A stretch of DNA of 64,000 nucleotides from Prasinococcaceae sp. CCMP 1430 (lineage: Eukaryota > Plantae > Prasinodermophyta): contig RQSC01001240.1 of NCBI GenBank assembly GCA_013416795.1, positions 1 to 64,000 of the forward strand. The letters run 5' to 3'. The position numbers and the translations under genes are program-made. Numbering within the stretch: position 1 is the first letter of the stretch; each line of letters starts with the position of its first letter. Below the pieces are notes generated by a model. It did no database searches. It was not told the DNA's origin and saw only the letters and a list, made by a program, of their open reading frames with translations. This document shows positions 9,715 through 22,115 of this stretch, in pieces.

Positions 9715-11738
9715 CTATGAGCGTGCGTTATGACTCGGATGATGGTACTGCGGCACCAGGAAGGAGCCGCCCATCGAGCCTGGCATGTACACAGGCATTG
9801 CGTGCGGCACGCCACCGTTGGCGCGCGCCGCGGCCATCGCCACCGATGTGGCGCTCATATGAGGGGGCACATATGGCATGGTGGACGCGGTGGCTGTGCT
9901 CGACTTTACGCCGACGCCACTGGTCGCCTCTACGGTTGTCGGCCGCCCCGTGCCTGCATGCATGCCCGCAGAAGTCTCGTGGTGCACGGCGGCGCCATCA
10001 GCACAGCTACCAGCGTGCTTCTGGCGCGCGAGAGCGGCAGAGTGCTGCTGTCGCATGTATGCCTGAGTGTGCGCATGCGCGTGCGCTGCGTGATGCACGG
10101 CGTGCTCGGCCATGGGTGACAGCTGCGGCGGAGGCGAGGATGAGAGGCGCACCGCCTCGGCGGTTTGCATGGCGACCGCCGCGTGCGTATCGATGCCCGC
10201 CATCGCCCCCGTCGACAGCACGCGCCCGCGGCCGGGCACGTAAAAGTGACGCTGCGCCGTGGTGCGCTGCATGTGGGCCATCGGCCCGCCGGTACCACCT
10301 CCGTATGCGGAGTTCAGCGGCATCGCGTGCGCGTGATGCGGGTACAGGTGGTACGCGTGTGGTGCGTACATCTGCGCCATCGCAAAAGCATGTGGGGGTG
10401 GGTATCCTCCCATGGCCATGGAGGGCGCAGCAACATCGAACTGGCGCGCGGCGAAGCGGTCGGCGAGCGCCCCCAGAAGTTCGGCGGCGCGCGGTGACAC
10501 GCACTGAGTTGACACGCTCTCCGGGGCAGCGCTGCGCGCCTGGCGCTGCAGGCCGCTTGCGTCGCCACCGTCGCCGCCAACGGAGCTCATTGACCTGTCC
10601 GTAGCAGCATCAGGTCCCGCCACGACCACCGCTTCCATCGTGACCCCAGACGCACGGTGGAAGCGCCAGAGCTTCTCCAGGCCGTATTCAAGGTCAAACT
10701 CATCGTTCAACCTCACGGCGAGGCGCTCGAAGTGGGCATAGAACGCGTCGCGACCGGCGGAAGAGCGCGAGCACGCGGTATAGAGGAAACGAATGACCCA
10801 AGTAGCGCCATGATCGGGGCGCACGTCGCCGCTGCCGCTCGTGAGGATGTGCTGCCTCGCGAGACCCCCGTGCTGCGCCCGCTGCGCCTGCTGTGCCTTG
10901 CCCGTCTGGGCATCGGCCAGAGCCTCACGGACGAACTCGTCAAAGGCGCCTTCGAGCTGCGGGTGCATGAGGAGCAGATTGGCCCAGAACTGGTAGAGAT
11001 TGAGCTTTGTAAGCGCGCGGCGCCCATGACGCGACGAGGAGGATGTTGACGGCGCCTCGGCGGCGATGGGGCCGCCGCGCTCCCACCGCGGCGCGGAAGA
11101 TGCCGCCGGGCACGAAGGCGGCGACTGGGGTGCCTCGGGCGACGCGCTTCCGTCCGATGCGCTGTCACCGCGCTCCGAGCCTCGGTGGCTGTTCGCGCGG
11201 GGGCTGCGAGCATGGCCCGTGGCGACGGCCGCGGCGCCACGCTGCGCGCCCGCCTTGCACGCGGCGACGAAGGCACAGTAGACGGTATAGTCCTCCGTGG
11301 CAGCTTCGGTGGGGAGGCGATCGCCCGGCGCGCGCACACGTTCCAAGGCGGGCGCGAGCGCCGCTGCCGCCCGGCGGGTGAACAGGCAGGCGACCTGCTT
11401 CGGAGGCGAGTAGCCTCCGATGCCCGCGCGGCGGGGCCCGGCGCCGCCGTTGCTTCTCAGGCCGCCGAGCGTCGCTTCCGTGATGGGGGACGCCGCGTGA
11501 GACGCCGCGGGCGCGGATGCGGGGCGGGGGCGTGCCTCATGCGGGACAGGAGATAGAGAGGGCGAAGGGGATGCGAATGGCGAGGCGGCGTTGGGGCTTG
11601 ACTCGCCACCCGTGCGCTCCGCGACCCGCGGCGGTGCGGGCGTGACGACTCTTGGCTTGGCCTCCAACACGTCGCCGCCGCGCACCTCCCCCTCGCCGCC
11701 CTCGCTGCCCGCCGCATTCGCAAATGTCCGAGTCCTCC
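9715..11738 (-). CDS. LARP1-like DM15-repeat protein (3' exon; 5' part uncertain)
   Basis: FDEFVREALADAQTG..IRFLY..FYAHFERLA..YGLEKLWRFH (~10655-11010) resembles the DM15 cap-binding repeats. Putative acceptor CTGCAG at 11739; His/Ala/Met-rich tail. Confidence 0.6.
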
Positions 11739-12140
11739 CTGCAGCGCGCGCGCACGGGCCGCAGCCACGGACAGGCCGGGGGACAGGCGGGCGGGCGGAT
11801 ATGCATCGCGACGCGCGCGGCGCGCCAGCATGGCGCGTGGCGCGCCAGCGTGGCATGTGTCGCGTACAGCCTGTCAGCGGCGCGTGCTCGCGCTCGCGCG
11901 AGGGAGGTCTCTGCCTGCCGCCGCAGGCAATCGCGGGCGGCTCGAGCTCTGGGGGGCGGGCGCTGCGTCCTTTCCTCCCTCCAGGCACGGCAGTTGATCT
12001 CTTCTCTCTCTCTTTCTCGCGCGCGCGTGGCCGCGGTCGCGCCTTCGGCGGCAGCGGGCGGGCGCCCCCCCCCCCACACCGCCCACACCTCCCCCACCGC
12101 ACCTTTGGCGCCGCCGCCGCGGCCTCCGGCGCGGCGCGCG

Positions 12141-12340
12141 NNNNNNNNNNNNNNNNNNNNNNNNNNNNNNNNNNNNNNNNNNNNNNNNNNNNNNNNNNNN
12201 NNNNNNNNNNNNNNNNNNNNNNNNNNNNNNNNNNNNNNNNNNNNNNNNNNNNNNNNNNNNNNNNNNNNNNNNNNNNNNNNNNNNNNNNNNNNNNNNNNNN
12301 NNNNNNNNNNNNNNNNNNNNNNNNNNNNNNNNNNNNNNNN
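12141..12340. other. Assembly gap (200 N)
   Basis: Run of n. Confidence 1.
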
Positions 12341-13278
12341 GGCGTCGCGCGCGAGGCGCGCGGCCGCTTTGGCCTGGGCTCGGGCGGCCGCGCGCGTCTC
12401 CCGCCGCTCGGCCTCGCGCTGCAGCCGCTCCTTCTTGGCGAGCTTCTTGTCGAGGCGCGCGGTGCGCGGAGCGCCCGTGATGGTCTCCAGCACGCTCGGG
12501 CGCTCCACCGCGCTCCACGACATAGTAGGCGCGCCGCCGCGCTCGTACGCCTCGGCGACAGCCTCCGAGCCCATCGAGCTCACCCACGCGTCCCAGATCT
12601 GCACGCACGCATGCGCGTCGAGCGCGGCGTACTCCTGCTGCGCGGAGGAGAGCGGGCGATCCTCCCAGTCGGAGCACTGCTGGCGCTTGTCAAGCGGGGC
12701 GCCAAGCGTCGCTCGCGCGAGGCCGCTCAGACCGCGCGCTCGGCGCACGGCGCCGGGGGCCTGCGGGCACGAGCGAGCGAGCGAGCGAGTGTGAGCGGGT
12801 GAAATGGAGGGAGAGAGAGGTGGAGAGATGGGGAGGGAGCGAGGGAGAGGGACAGGAAGAGCGCCAGCTGCTGCGCGAGGGACACCGCAGGAGCGCGCGC
12901 TATCGCCAGCGCTGTCGCGCACCTTGGGCCCCAGCGCGCGCGCCACGCGTGCGAGGTCTACGACGCGCGTCGCCCTGAGTCCCGCGAGCGACTCCGCCCG
13001 CGGGTAGGAGCTTGCCAGCCGTCTGAGGTCGTAGCCCACCACGTAGCCGACCAGTTGCGTGTCGTCTCCCTCGAAGAGCTCCCCGATTGCCGCGCCGACC
13101 CGCTCGACGCCCTCGTCGCCCTCCTCTGCGGCGATGCGGAAGAGGTCCACGAGCACGCACGCGTCGCGCGACGCCAGCTGGCAGAGCGCGACGGGTCGCA
13201 TTGGCTCCGCACGGTCGGTCTGTGGCCGCCACTCGCAATCGAGGCCCACCATCGGCGCGCCGCGCAGCGTCGTCAGCG
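12341..13278 (-). CDS. DnaQ-like 3'-5' exonuclease (WRN/EXD/mut-7 type), partial at both ends
   Basis: ExoI VGLDCEW, ALCQLA, ExoII VGY..GYDLRRL, LSGLARATLGAPLDK.QQCSDWEDRPL and ExoIII QQEYAALDA. Probable intron at about 12750-12920. Confidence 0.85.
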
Positions 13279-13279
13279 G

Positions 13280-13405
13280 TCGGCGCCAAGGTCGAGGTCA
13301 TGTACACTGACGACGACAGCTGGTACGAGGCGACGGTGGAAAGCGGTAGCAAGAATGGCATCGTGGTGGTGTACGAGTACGACGGCTCCAAAGAGAAGCT
13401 CACGC
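13280..13405 (+). other. Orphan Tudor/Agenet-like coding fragment
   Basis: VGAKVEVMYTDDDSWYEATV..VVYEYDGSKEKL has the Tudor-like aromatic pattern; bounded by the exonuclease on the opposite strand and the n at 13406. Confidence 0.5.
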
Positions 13406-13562
13406 NCCCGCGCCCCCCCCCGCGCAGCAGCGCCCGTGTGGCGCGCGCGCGCTCGCGCTCGCGCGCACCTGGGGTTTTGGGTTAAGGTTTCAATTAAGGT
13501 TGAAACAACTCAGGGTTAAACATTTCAGTCGAGGTGACACGACTGCAATACGTGCGCATCGC

Positions 13563-15040
13563 TCAGGCACGGCCGCTACCGCCCCCGTGCTTGTGCGTAG
13601 ACAGGACCGGAAAGGCCGGCATGACTCTGAGCGGCGGCCCGCCCTTCTGGTAGTAAAACTGGTGGAGGCTCGAAGAGCCGATGGCTTCGACCCCAACGCT
13701 GGCGTTGAGCGCGCTGAGCTCGGCCATGACGCAATCGACGCCGCGGCGCGCGCCGCCTCCGGCGCTGCAAAGCGTGCCAGCGAGCACGTTTTCGCTGCCG
13801 AATTTCTTGTCGAGGGCCCTCTTGACCACGGCCATGCACCTGTCGCTCGGCAGGCCGCACCGCCTTTCTTTTGGTTTTCGCGCTGCGAGGCGGTTTTGTT
13901 CCCTGAGAGTCCTGCTGCCGTCTGGCCCGACATCGGTCGCCAGGTACACCGCCCTCGCGCCGCGCTGCGCTCGCAGGCGCTCGGCTGACGCATTGACTTC
14001 CTGCACGAGGGCAGCGCAACGCGCGCGGGGCGAATCCAGCACGCGCCGGACCTTCGGCTCGTTCATCCATCCGCACAGGCGCTCCGTGCGCACCTGCAGA
14101 CCTGCATACGCGTCGCGGCTCTCGCTCGGGAGCGCGGCGCGCACTTCCTTAATCGCCTGCCTTTGGAGTCCTTGAGCAAAGCTGAAGAATCCCGCTGGCG
14201 GTGGCTACATGTGGGACTTGGGGCCGATCGTCTTCGACTGCGTGCCGCTGCTCTTGCTGGCCGTGTGGTCGGAGGGTCTCTCGGCGCACAACAGCCTCCC
14301 AAATCTGGCCTCTTTAGACCTTGCATTGGACCGACTGCCGTCCCCGTTGCCATTTCTGTAGAGCCTCGCTGCGGCATCCAACTGCTCCGGGCTGATTCTC
14401 TGGTTCATCATGCCGCGCCACGAGGCCAAGTACACGCAGGCGGGCTGCCCGGTGGCGTTGAGGAGCGCTGGCGCCCGCGATTGGGTGTCGTGGGCGGCGA
14501 GCGCCGCCTCAGCAAGCAAGGCGGCCTCGCCACAGTCGGTGGCAGTACGGGTGCCATGCGCGTACTCGCCGGGCGCGAACGCGTGCGCGTAGCTGCCCAG
14601 CTCTCGCTCCTTGCGCACGTCCTCCCACGGAAAGTGCCACCTCTCATATCCCACGACATCGCACGCGGCGAGTGCCTCGCGCGCGGGCACCACTGGGCAT
14701 CCAGCGAGCGACAGGAAGTCCCCCGCTTGTCGCGAGGCGTCGAACTCGCCGCCGACAGCGCTCGACTCGTCCGCCGCGGCTCGCGCGTGCTGGGGCGACC
14801 CCTCCGGTGCGGCGAGCGCTGGCGTGTGCAGCAGCGGCTTCTCTCCACGGGACATGGCCGGCGTGGCCAGAACGAAGCCTGTGTCGCGCGCGAAGGCGCA
14901 CAGCTGCCCGAGCGATGCCAGCGCCATCCCCAGCTGCTCGCCCACCGAACCCACGACGATCACGCCGCGCGCGTCCGCCAGGCGCATCTCGTCGGCGCGG
15001 GCACCGGCGGCAGCCGCCGCCGCCGCTGCGCACAGAGCGG
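13563..15040 (-). CDS. Putative O-fucosyltransferase-like (GT-B) protein, 5' end unresolved
   Basis: ORFs 14205..15716 and 13563..14144 carry GEQLGMALASL..LCAFAR..GFVLATP, VYLATD and AELSAL..S..GSSSL, loosely resembling the O-FucT family. Confidence 0.35.
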
Positions 15041-15481
15041 ATTCTGACGACGAGGACGACTTCGATGCAGAGGGTATCTCTAGCAGCAGTCCCCCCGCAC
15101 AGCAGCGGCCGTGCACAGATACGAGGGCGTTGCGCGCTGCTGCTTCCGCTCCGAAGCGATGCGCGCGTTGCGTGATGGCGTTACGGCTCGCCTCGTCTGC
15201 TCTTGAGGCCGCCTTGCCGCTCTCGCAGGAACGCACTCTCACGACAGGCGATGCTGTCGTGCAGCTGAACGCTCTGCAGGCTTTGGGCACGTGTCTCGAG
15301 GCGCTCGCGCGTGTCGACGAGGCGATATCAGTGGAGCACAACATCGCGTCGCTGCTGGCAGAGCTCCAATTGAGTCCTGAGCCTCCGGAGGATCGCGTGG
15401 AGGCGCTCGGTGCGACGGACCATGCCGAGCTGCCACGCCTGCTGCCTTCAGTTGTGCTCGCGTGGCCAGGCGTCAGGGCGN

Positions 15482-17670
15482 CCTCGCGGATGCGCTCAGG
15501 TGTGGAGCGCATTGCGAGCGCGAGAGTGCAGGGCGGGCGGGCACGCGCGGAGGGCGCTGCGCCCTGGGCGGTCGGCCTCGTCCTCGTCTCGGGCATGTGC
15601 TCGCTGGCGCTGGCGCTGGCCAAGGCGGCACTGCGGTGGCCGGCGCCAGGGCACGCGGGCGGTGCTGACGACGTGGAGGCCGGCCTATGGTGGGCCATGG
15701 CGGCGTGGACGGCCACGGCCGGGGCGGGCGCGCTGTGGGTCGCGCGCGCGCGCGTGCGCGCGCATGTCCGTCAGCGGTCGAGCGATCTGGAGGACCCGCT
15801 GCTGGGCGGGGAGTCGCAGGAAGGCTCCGGCGGCGGCCGAGCTGGCGCCGTGCGCAAGCTCGCCAAGCTGAGCGCGCCCGACTGGCACGTCCTCGCGGGG
15901 GCGAGCTTCTTCCTGGTGGTGGGCGCCGTGGCAAACGCGGCCGTGCCGCGCTTCAGCGGCGGGGTGGTCAACGCTGTCTCGTTCGGGTACGACCGCAGCG
16001 CCTTCCGCACGCAGCTGTGTCTGCTCACGGGCGCCGCCGTCGTGAATGGCATCGGATCCGGCTGCCGCGGCGCGCTCTTCCTGATACAGATTGCCCGCTT
16101 GAACCGGCGCGTGCGAGAGCGCCTCATGGAGGCCTTGCTGGCCCAGGACCTCTCGTTCTATGACGTCACTCCTCTGGGGGACATCACCAGTCGCATGAAC
16201 AACGACACCAGCAAGCTGACGGACACGCTGGGCCTCAATACGAACGTGCTGCTGCGCAACTTGGTCTCGATTGCCTTTCTCCTCGGCTTCATGCTGCACT
16301 TGGAGCCGCGGCTCACGTTGCTGACGTTCGCGGTGGTGCCAGTCGCCACTGTGACGAGCAAAGTGTACGGAACATTCTATCGGAAGAAGACCAAGGAGAC
16401 GCAGACGAGCTTAGCCGAGGCCGGTACGGTCGCTGACGAGACGCTCGGGGCCCTGGCGACGATCCGCTCGTTTGCCGCCGAGGAGCTCATGGCGGCCGCA
16501 TATTCGGAGAAGCTCGAAACATTCTACGTACTGCAAAAAATCCAGGCCTATTGGTACATCGCGTACATGGCCACGATGACCGCATTGCCACAGCTCAGCC
16601 AGGCGCTTGTGCTCTTGTACGGCGGACACCTGGTGCTGGAGGGTCGCACGCAGCCGGGGACGCTCGTATCGTTCCTGCTCTATCAGCAGACCCTCTCGAG
16701 CGCGTTCTCCAATTTGGGCGACGTCTACTCGCAGATGATGCAGGCCCTCGGTGCAGCTGACAAAGTGCTCGAGCTGCTCGAGCGCGTTCCTCTCTTCGAC
16801 AACCGCTCCGGTGCCGTGCGTCCGTTGGAATGCCGTGGCGAGGTGGCGCTCGTGGGCGTCCAGTTCCAGTATCCTGGCCGTGACCGCGTCGTACTCAAGA
16901 ACTTCAGCCTTTGCGTGAAGCCCGGGGAGTGCTGCGCGCTGTGTGGACCGTCGGGGGGCGGCAAATCGTCCATCGTCAAACTCATACAGCGATTTTATGA
17001 GCCGGACCTCGGGCGCGTGCTCTTCGACGGGCGTGACCTGCACACGCTCGACGCGCACTGGCTGAAACGTCAGATCGGGCTGGTGGGCCAGGAGCCTGTG
17101 TTGCTGGCGCGCAGCGTGCGTGAAAACATCCTTTTTGGGCTCGAAGGCGAGGGCACTACTGAGGAGATGGAGGCGAGGATGATTAAGGCGGCGCAGAGGG
17201 CCAACGCACACGCCTTCGTGTCCGCGCTGCCCGACGGCTACGAAACTCAGTGCGGCGAGAAAGGGACGATGCTAAGCGGCGGGCAGAAGCAGCGCATTGC
17301 CATAGCACGGGCGCTCGTGCGCGAGCCGCGCCTGCTGCTGCTTGATGAGGCCACCAGCGCGCTCGATGCCGAGAGCGAAGCGCTCGTGCAGGCTGCTCTG
17401 GAGGAGCTCATGACGGGACGCACGACGCTGGTCGTCGCGCATAGGCTCAGCACGATCGCGGCTGCCGATCGAATCGTGGTGGTCGAGGGCGGGGAAGTGG
17501 CCGAAGCTGGGACACACGAGGACCTGATTCGGCGAGATGGGACGTATGCGCAGTTGGTACGACGGCAGCTAGGCGGCGGCTCGAGCAGGGCGAGCAAGGC
17601 GTTGCTCATGGCGGGCGGCGAGCAGGACGACGAGGAAGGCGCCGAAGATGCGCCACCAACGCTTGAGTGA
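15482..17670 (+). CDS. ABCB half-transporter, TAP/ABCB9-like
   Basis: ABC membrane domain (FYDVTPLGDITSRMNNDT), Walker A GPSGGGKS, Q-loop VGQEP, signature LSGGQKQRIAIARAL, Walker B LLLLDEATSALD, H-loop VAHRLST. Start uncertain at the n at 15481. Confidence 0.93.
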
Positions 17671-17766
17671 GCGGGTGTGCGCGCCGTAGCCAAGTGAACG
17701 CATTTGTATAGTGGAATTCTTTTCGAGATCTGTATGGTACGTATCGTACAAAGCCAACGCGCCACC

Positions 17767-20700
17767 TCACGGCGAGCCGTCCAGCACGACGAAGCTCCTG
17801 TCGTCCTCCTTGACCACAGTGTCCACTTTGGCGAACGCTCCTTCAAGCGCGCTGTTGGCTTGACACACGACGAGCACTGTGCCATAGCTCAGCCTACGGA
17901 AGAGGCGCGCGGCGGCGTGCATGCCGTCTTCGTCAAGGTGAGCGAGGGCCTCGTCGAGAACGAGGAGCTCAACGCGGCATGCTGCGCTCTCGGCGGCGAG
18001 CTCGCCGTACGCCAGCGCGAGCGCGAGCGCAACACGACGGCGCTCCCCGCCGCTGCACTGCTTGAGCGAGCGCGTCACCATCTCACCACTCTTTGAGCGT
18101 ATGCGGATCTCCCTTCCGACGCGCTGCAGCGCGCCGCCCCTGGCGCTCTTGGACTGCGTCGTCGCGCTCAGCGCGAGCGTGATGCCGCCACCGCTAAGCT
18201 CGCGCAGCAGCTCGCAGCTGCGCGCGGTGAGAGACGAGAGTGCCTCATCGAGGACAAACGACTGCACACCGCGCCGCCCAAACGCGACGTCGAGCTCTTT
18301 GCTGACCGCCTCCTCCTCCGCCAATGCCAATTCCGCCTTTTCCGTGCGTGCCAGTGCGTCCGCCTCGGACTTCGCGAGCGCACGGAGGCGTGCTTGCTCG
18401 GAGAGATGCGGGTTTGGAGTCAGCTCGCGAGCGCGCGCGTCCGCCTCTGCGGCCGCCCGCGCGTGCTCCGCGCGCGCAGCGCTGTCGACGCTCGTGGAAG
18501 CGCTGGCACACGCGCGATCAAGTGCGGTTGCGTACGCGCGCATGTTGGCCGGAAGTGCGCTCGAATCGACGGAGAGGGTCGCGTCGCCTGCCCTGGTTGT
18601 GTCATGACTGCGACAGCGTGCAGACGCGAGCATGGGTCAGCTGCTCTGTGCAAGCGAGCGAAGAGCAAGGCGGACTGCGCGGCGCGCATCCACGGGCACG
18701 CATGCGCGCCGCGGCCCGACCGCACGCACAGGATGTCGGCTGTCGATGCAGAATGGTCGAGTGCCCTCCCGATGGTGGACATCATCGAGTCCGCTCTGCG
18801 CAGCGCCGATTGCAAGGCGTCTCGCGCGGCTGCTTGCTCGGCGCCACGCGTCGCCTCTTCGCGCAAATCCTCGAGTTCTCGCCTGCGTGCATCCTCTAAT
18901 GCTCGCGCTCGAGCGTCTGCGTCCGCACGCAGCGCGGCTGCTTCCTCCGCGAGCGCTGTCGCACGCGCTGCCACGCTTGCTACAGCAGCTTCAAGTTCGA
19001 GCCTTCCCGCGGTGAGCACTGCGGCATCCACGGGCTGAAGGCATCTGTCACACGTTGCCACGCTGTCTGCGCCACCCATTGCGTGGTCGAGACGATGGGC
19101 GAGCGCGCCCTGCTCGGCGACTGCCGCCGTTGCACGCGCCTCAGCGTCGGCGGCAATATCTCGCGCGTGCGCGGCGTCAGCCTCGAGCGAACTGAGATGC
19201 GCATCTGAGGCGGATTGCGCGCCACCTTCGGCGCCCGCTCCCGTGCACGTGTTGTCACTGGCCTCGCAAAGAGTGGCTGCCTCGCCCATGATGCGATGGA
19301 GGCTCAGTCGCGCCTGCAGCAGCTCAGTGCACGTGCGCTGTGCCTCGACTTCGAGCTCGTTGGTGCGAGCCTGAGCGGCTGCGACCTCTTCTGCGCTTGC
19401 AGCGTCCCACGCGGCGGCGCGGGCGGCGCACGCGTCCGCCTCATCAGCGAGGCGTGCGACGAATTCAGCGAGTTTCGCGGACTCGGCAGCGGTGGCTACG
19501 CGAGATTCGCGCGCGCTCTTGAGCCTCGAGGACGCCTCCTCCGAAGCTGCCTCCCACACGTCCATCGGCACTACCCGCATCATCGCACGCTTCATCTCCG
19601 TATCTGTCGAGTCGATCATGCAACCGACTGAGATAGTGTGCTGCCCATGGAAAGCGACGCTCGAGAGCAGGTCTGCAGGCAGCAATGCGCTGTCGATGGC
19701 CTCCTGCGTGAGCGCCATCTCCTGCGTCGTCATGTCGCGACCGCCGAGTGTGAATGTGAGCGCCTTCTTTCCGCCCCGGCTCCTCGAGGTGATACGCTCG
19801 ACAGTGAACGGCGTTCCATTGACAGCGCCCTGGAGGAGCACGCGTGCGCTCGTGCAGTTCTCATTAATCACATCAGCGCCGCTGAGTCCACGCATGGAGG
19901 ATCCCTCCGGCCGTGGATCGGTTTCCCCGGAAAGTGCCCACAGCGGCGCCATCACCAGCGAGGTCTTTCCGGCTGCAGAATTGCGATGCACGCGCGTCAG
20001 CCAATGCGTGCGCGGATACGCGTGCTGCGCGCGTGTAGGGGTGGCTCGTGCGCGCAATGCGCACTCGTACCGCCGTTCGATGACGATGACGTCAGCCCCC
20101 CCGCCTGCACTCCGGCTTCTCCGTCCCTGTTGCTGCCAGTCACCATACGCACTCCTCGATTTTCTAGTGGGTAAGTCACCTCGTTTGCAAACGGACCAAA
20201 GCCCTCTACGGTCACACTCGAGAACCTCACGTGCGTCGGAGGGCGCTCAGCCTCCCCCACGCCTTCCTGTGCGAGTGACTCGAGCAGCGCGAGGCCTTCT
20301 GAAAGCGCGTTCGGCGAGAGCGACATTTTTGTGTCGCTATTGCACTCAGCATAGGCGCGCAGCAGCGCGGTCGGTGCCATACGAGCCGCTCCCTCTATCC
20401 GTTCGGCGCGCGTCTCCGGTTTGCGCACGACGTCAACTGCCACCCCTGCCGCGCGCAACGCATCTACCATCTCCTGCGTAGCATCAGACTCAGCGACGCT
20501 CAAAGATCCCTCGCTTTCAAGCGTCATCCGCACGCGGTCGCCCTCGCGCGGAGCGCGCGGAGTGGCATGCACGCTGCGCCCTTCGCGCAGAGCGGTCGCG
20601 TGCGTTGCGCGACCGACCACTCCAAGCACGGCCTCGCTCGATGTGGCGCAGTCAGCGCCGTCGCGGTCTGTCACGGCACAATCGTCCAGCGCTGCCAGCG

Positions 20701-21828
20701 CGTCGCGCGCTTCCACGCTGAAATGCCGCGGGCCGATATCGAGCGGCAGCTCACCCACCCGCCTCCACTCAACCCCGCCATTTGTGCCGCTCGAGTCACC
20801 GGCCGCCCCTGGCTCCGGCCAAATCGATTCGAAGAGCAGCATGCGCTTGTCCTGGCCCTCCTCTGCGAAGGTGAGCTGGTATGGAGAGCCGATGTACTCA
20901 ATGCGGGGGTGCGCGCCGCCAGGGTCGGCATCGATGGCCTGTGGCTTGTGATAGTGGCCGGAGTACACGCCGCGCACGTGACCTCCTGCCGCACCGAAAG
21001 CCGACGGCGCGAGGCCCAGCGCGCTCTGATGCGACTCGTTCACCGCGGCGCCGATCACGTCGGCGTGGCAGAAGACCGCGGTCGGACCTCGCTCGCCGAG
21101 GGACTGCGTCCTGGCCGCAGCTTGCAGGGCGGCGACGATGTCCGAGTGACGCCGGCGGTATGGGAGAAAGACTGAGCCGAGCGCGGCGGTTGGCTCGTCT
21201 ATGACACGGACCAATCCCGGAGGCGCCGCAGCGGCCAGCGCGTCGAGCGAGTGCAGGCGTCCGTCGAGCGATACCATGTCATGATTGCCGGCGAGGATGA
21301 TGGTGGGCACCTCCCACTGCGCGAAGAGTCTCACGGCGTCTGCGAGGGGCGCGACGGGGATGGCGCCCCGGGCGTGCCAGAAGTCTCCCTGTAAGTCGAG
21401 AGTCGAGGGCGCGGGAGCGGTCGTGGGTGCGTGCAGCGCGCGGGTGGTCTCGCGCGTCAGACGCGTCCCAGCCACGCGGAAGCGCCGGCGGCGGCGCGGA
21501 GGCGCCTGAGGCGCTGCGCCACGCACCAGGAGAAGAACCCCACCGCCTCTTGCGCGCGCGTGCTCGTGCGCGGCGCGCAGGCTCGCGCACGCGAGCGAGC
21601 GCGTGCGCGCACACATGTGCACGTCCGAGAGGGCCACCCACTCGCGCACGCGCGCAAAGCGCGCATCCGCCTCCAGCTCGTGCGTCGGAAGCGAGTCCGC
21701 TGCAGCCGCCGCGCCGTCCGCGGCGAACGTCCTGCGCCTCCGACGCGCGCGCAGGCCCGAGGCCCGTGTGCGCGAGGGAGGACGAGCGCGCGAGCGCGCG
21801 CGAGCTGGCGTGCCGCGGCAAGCGCCAT
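17767..21828 (-). CDS. SbcD (Mre11-like phosphoesterase)-SbcC (Rad50-like ATPase) fusion; predicted introns 21389-21526, 19973-20070, 18608-18729
   Basis: Nuclease motifs SDVH, GDFWH, GNHD, CHAD, GHYH and YIGSPYQ. ATPase VEGFGPF and Walker A SNG|AGKT restored by the 98-nt intron; zinc hook CDRC; signature CSGGERRR; Walker B LVLDEA. The start ATG at 21828 needs a frame change in a CG-rich tract. Confidence 0.88.
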
Positions 21829-22115
21829 GCTGCGCACGCGCACGAGCGCGCGCGCACGGGCGCACAGGCGCGCGCCCTGCACCCAGAGTGGTCGCGCTCG
21901 TTGCGAGCCCGCCGTTTTGCGTGTTTCGCGCGCGCGCGGCCGAGTCGTCCGGCCCGCCCGGCGCGTCGCCACATTTCTCGCGCGCGGCGCGCAGGGGCCA
22001 CGTGCTGGGCCCTCGCGCGTGGGGCACTCGTGCTGTTGCCTCCATTCGCGGTCCCACTGCGCGGGCAGCGCCCGCGGGGGTGGGCGCGGCGGCCACCGTG
22101 CCCCTTCGCGAGGCC

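Noticed and set aside
17767-21828. Prophage or viral gp46/gp47 module
   Set aside because: The gene has canonical spliceosomal introns and no neighbouring viral genes.
21924-21931. TTTCGCGC E2F-like site upstream of the SbcD-SbcC gene
   Set aside because: Plausible for a DNA-repair gene, but expected by chance in CG-repeat-rich DNA; no independent support.
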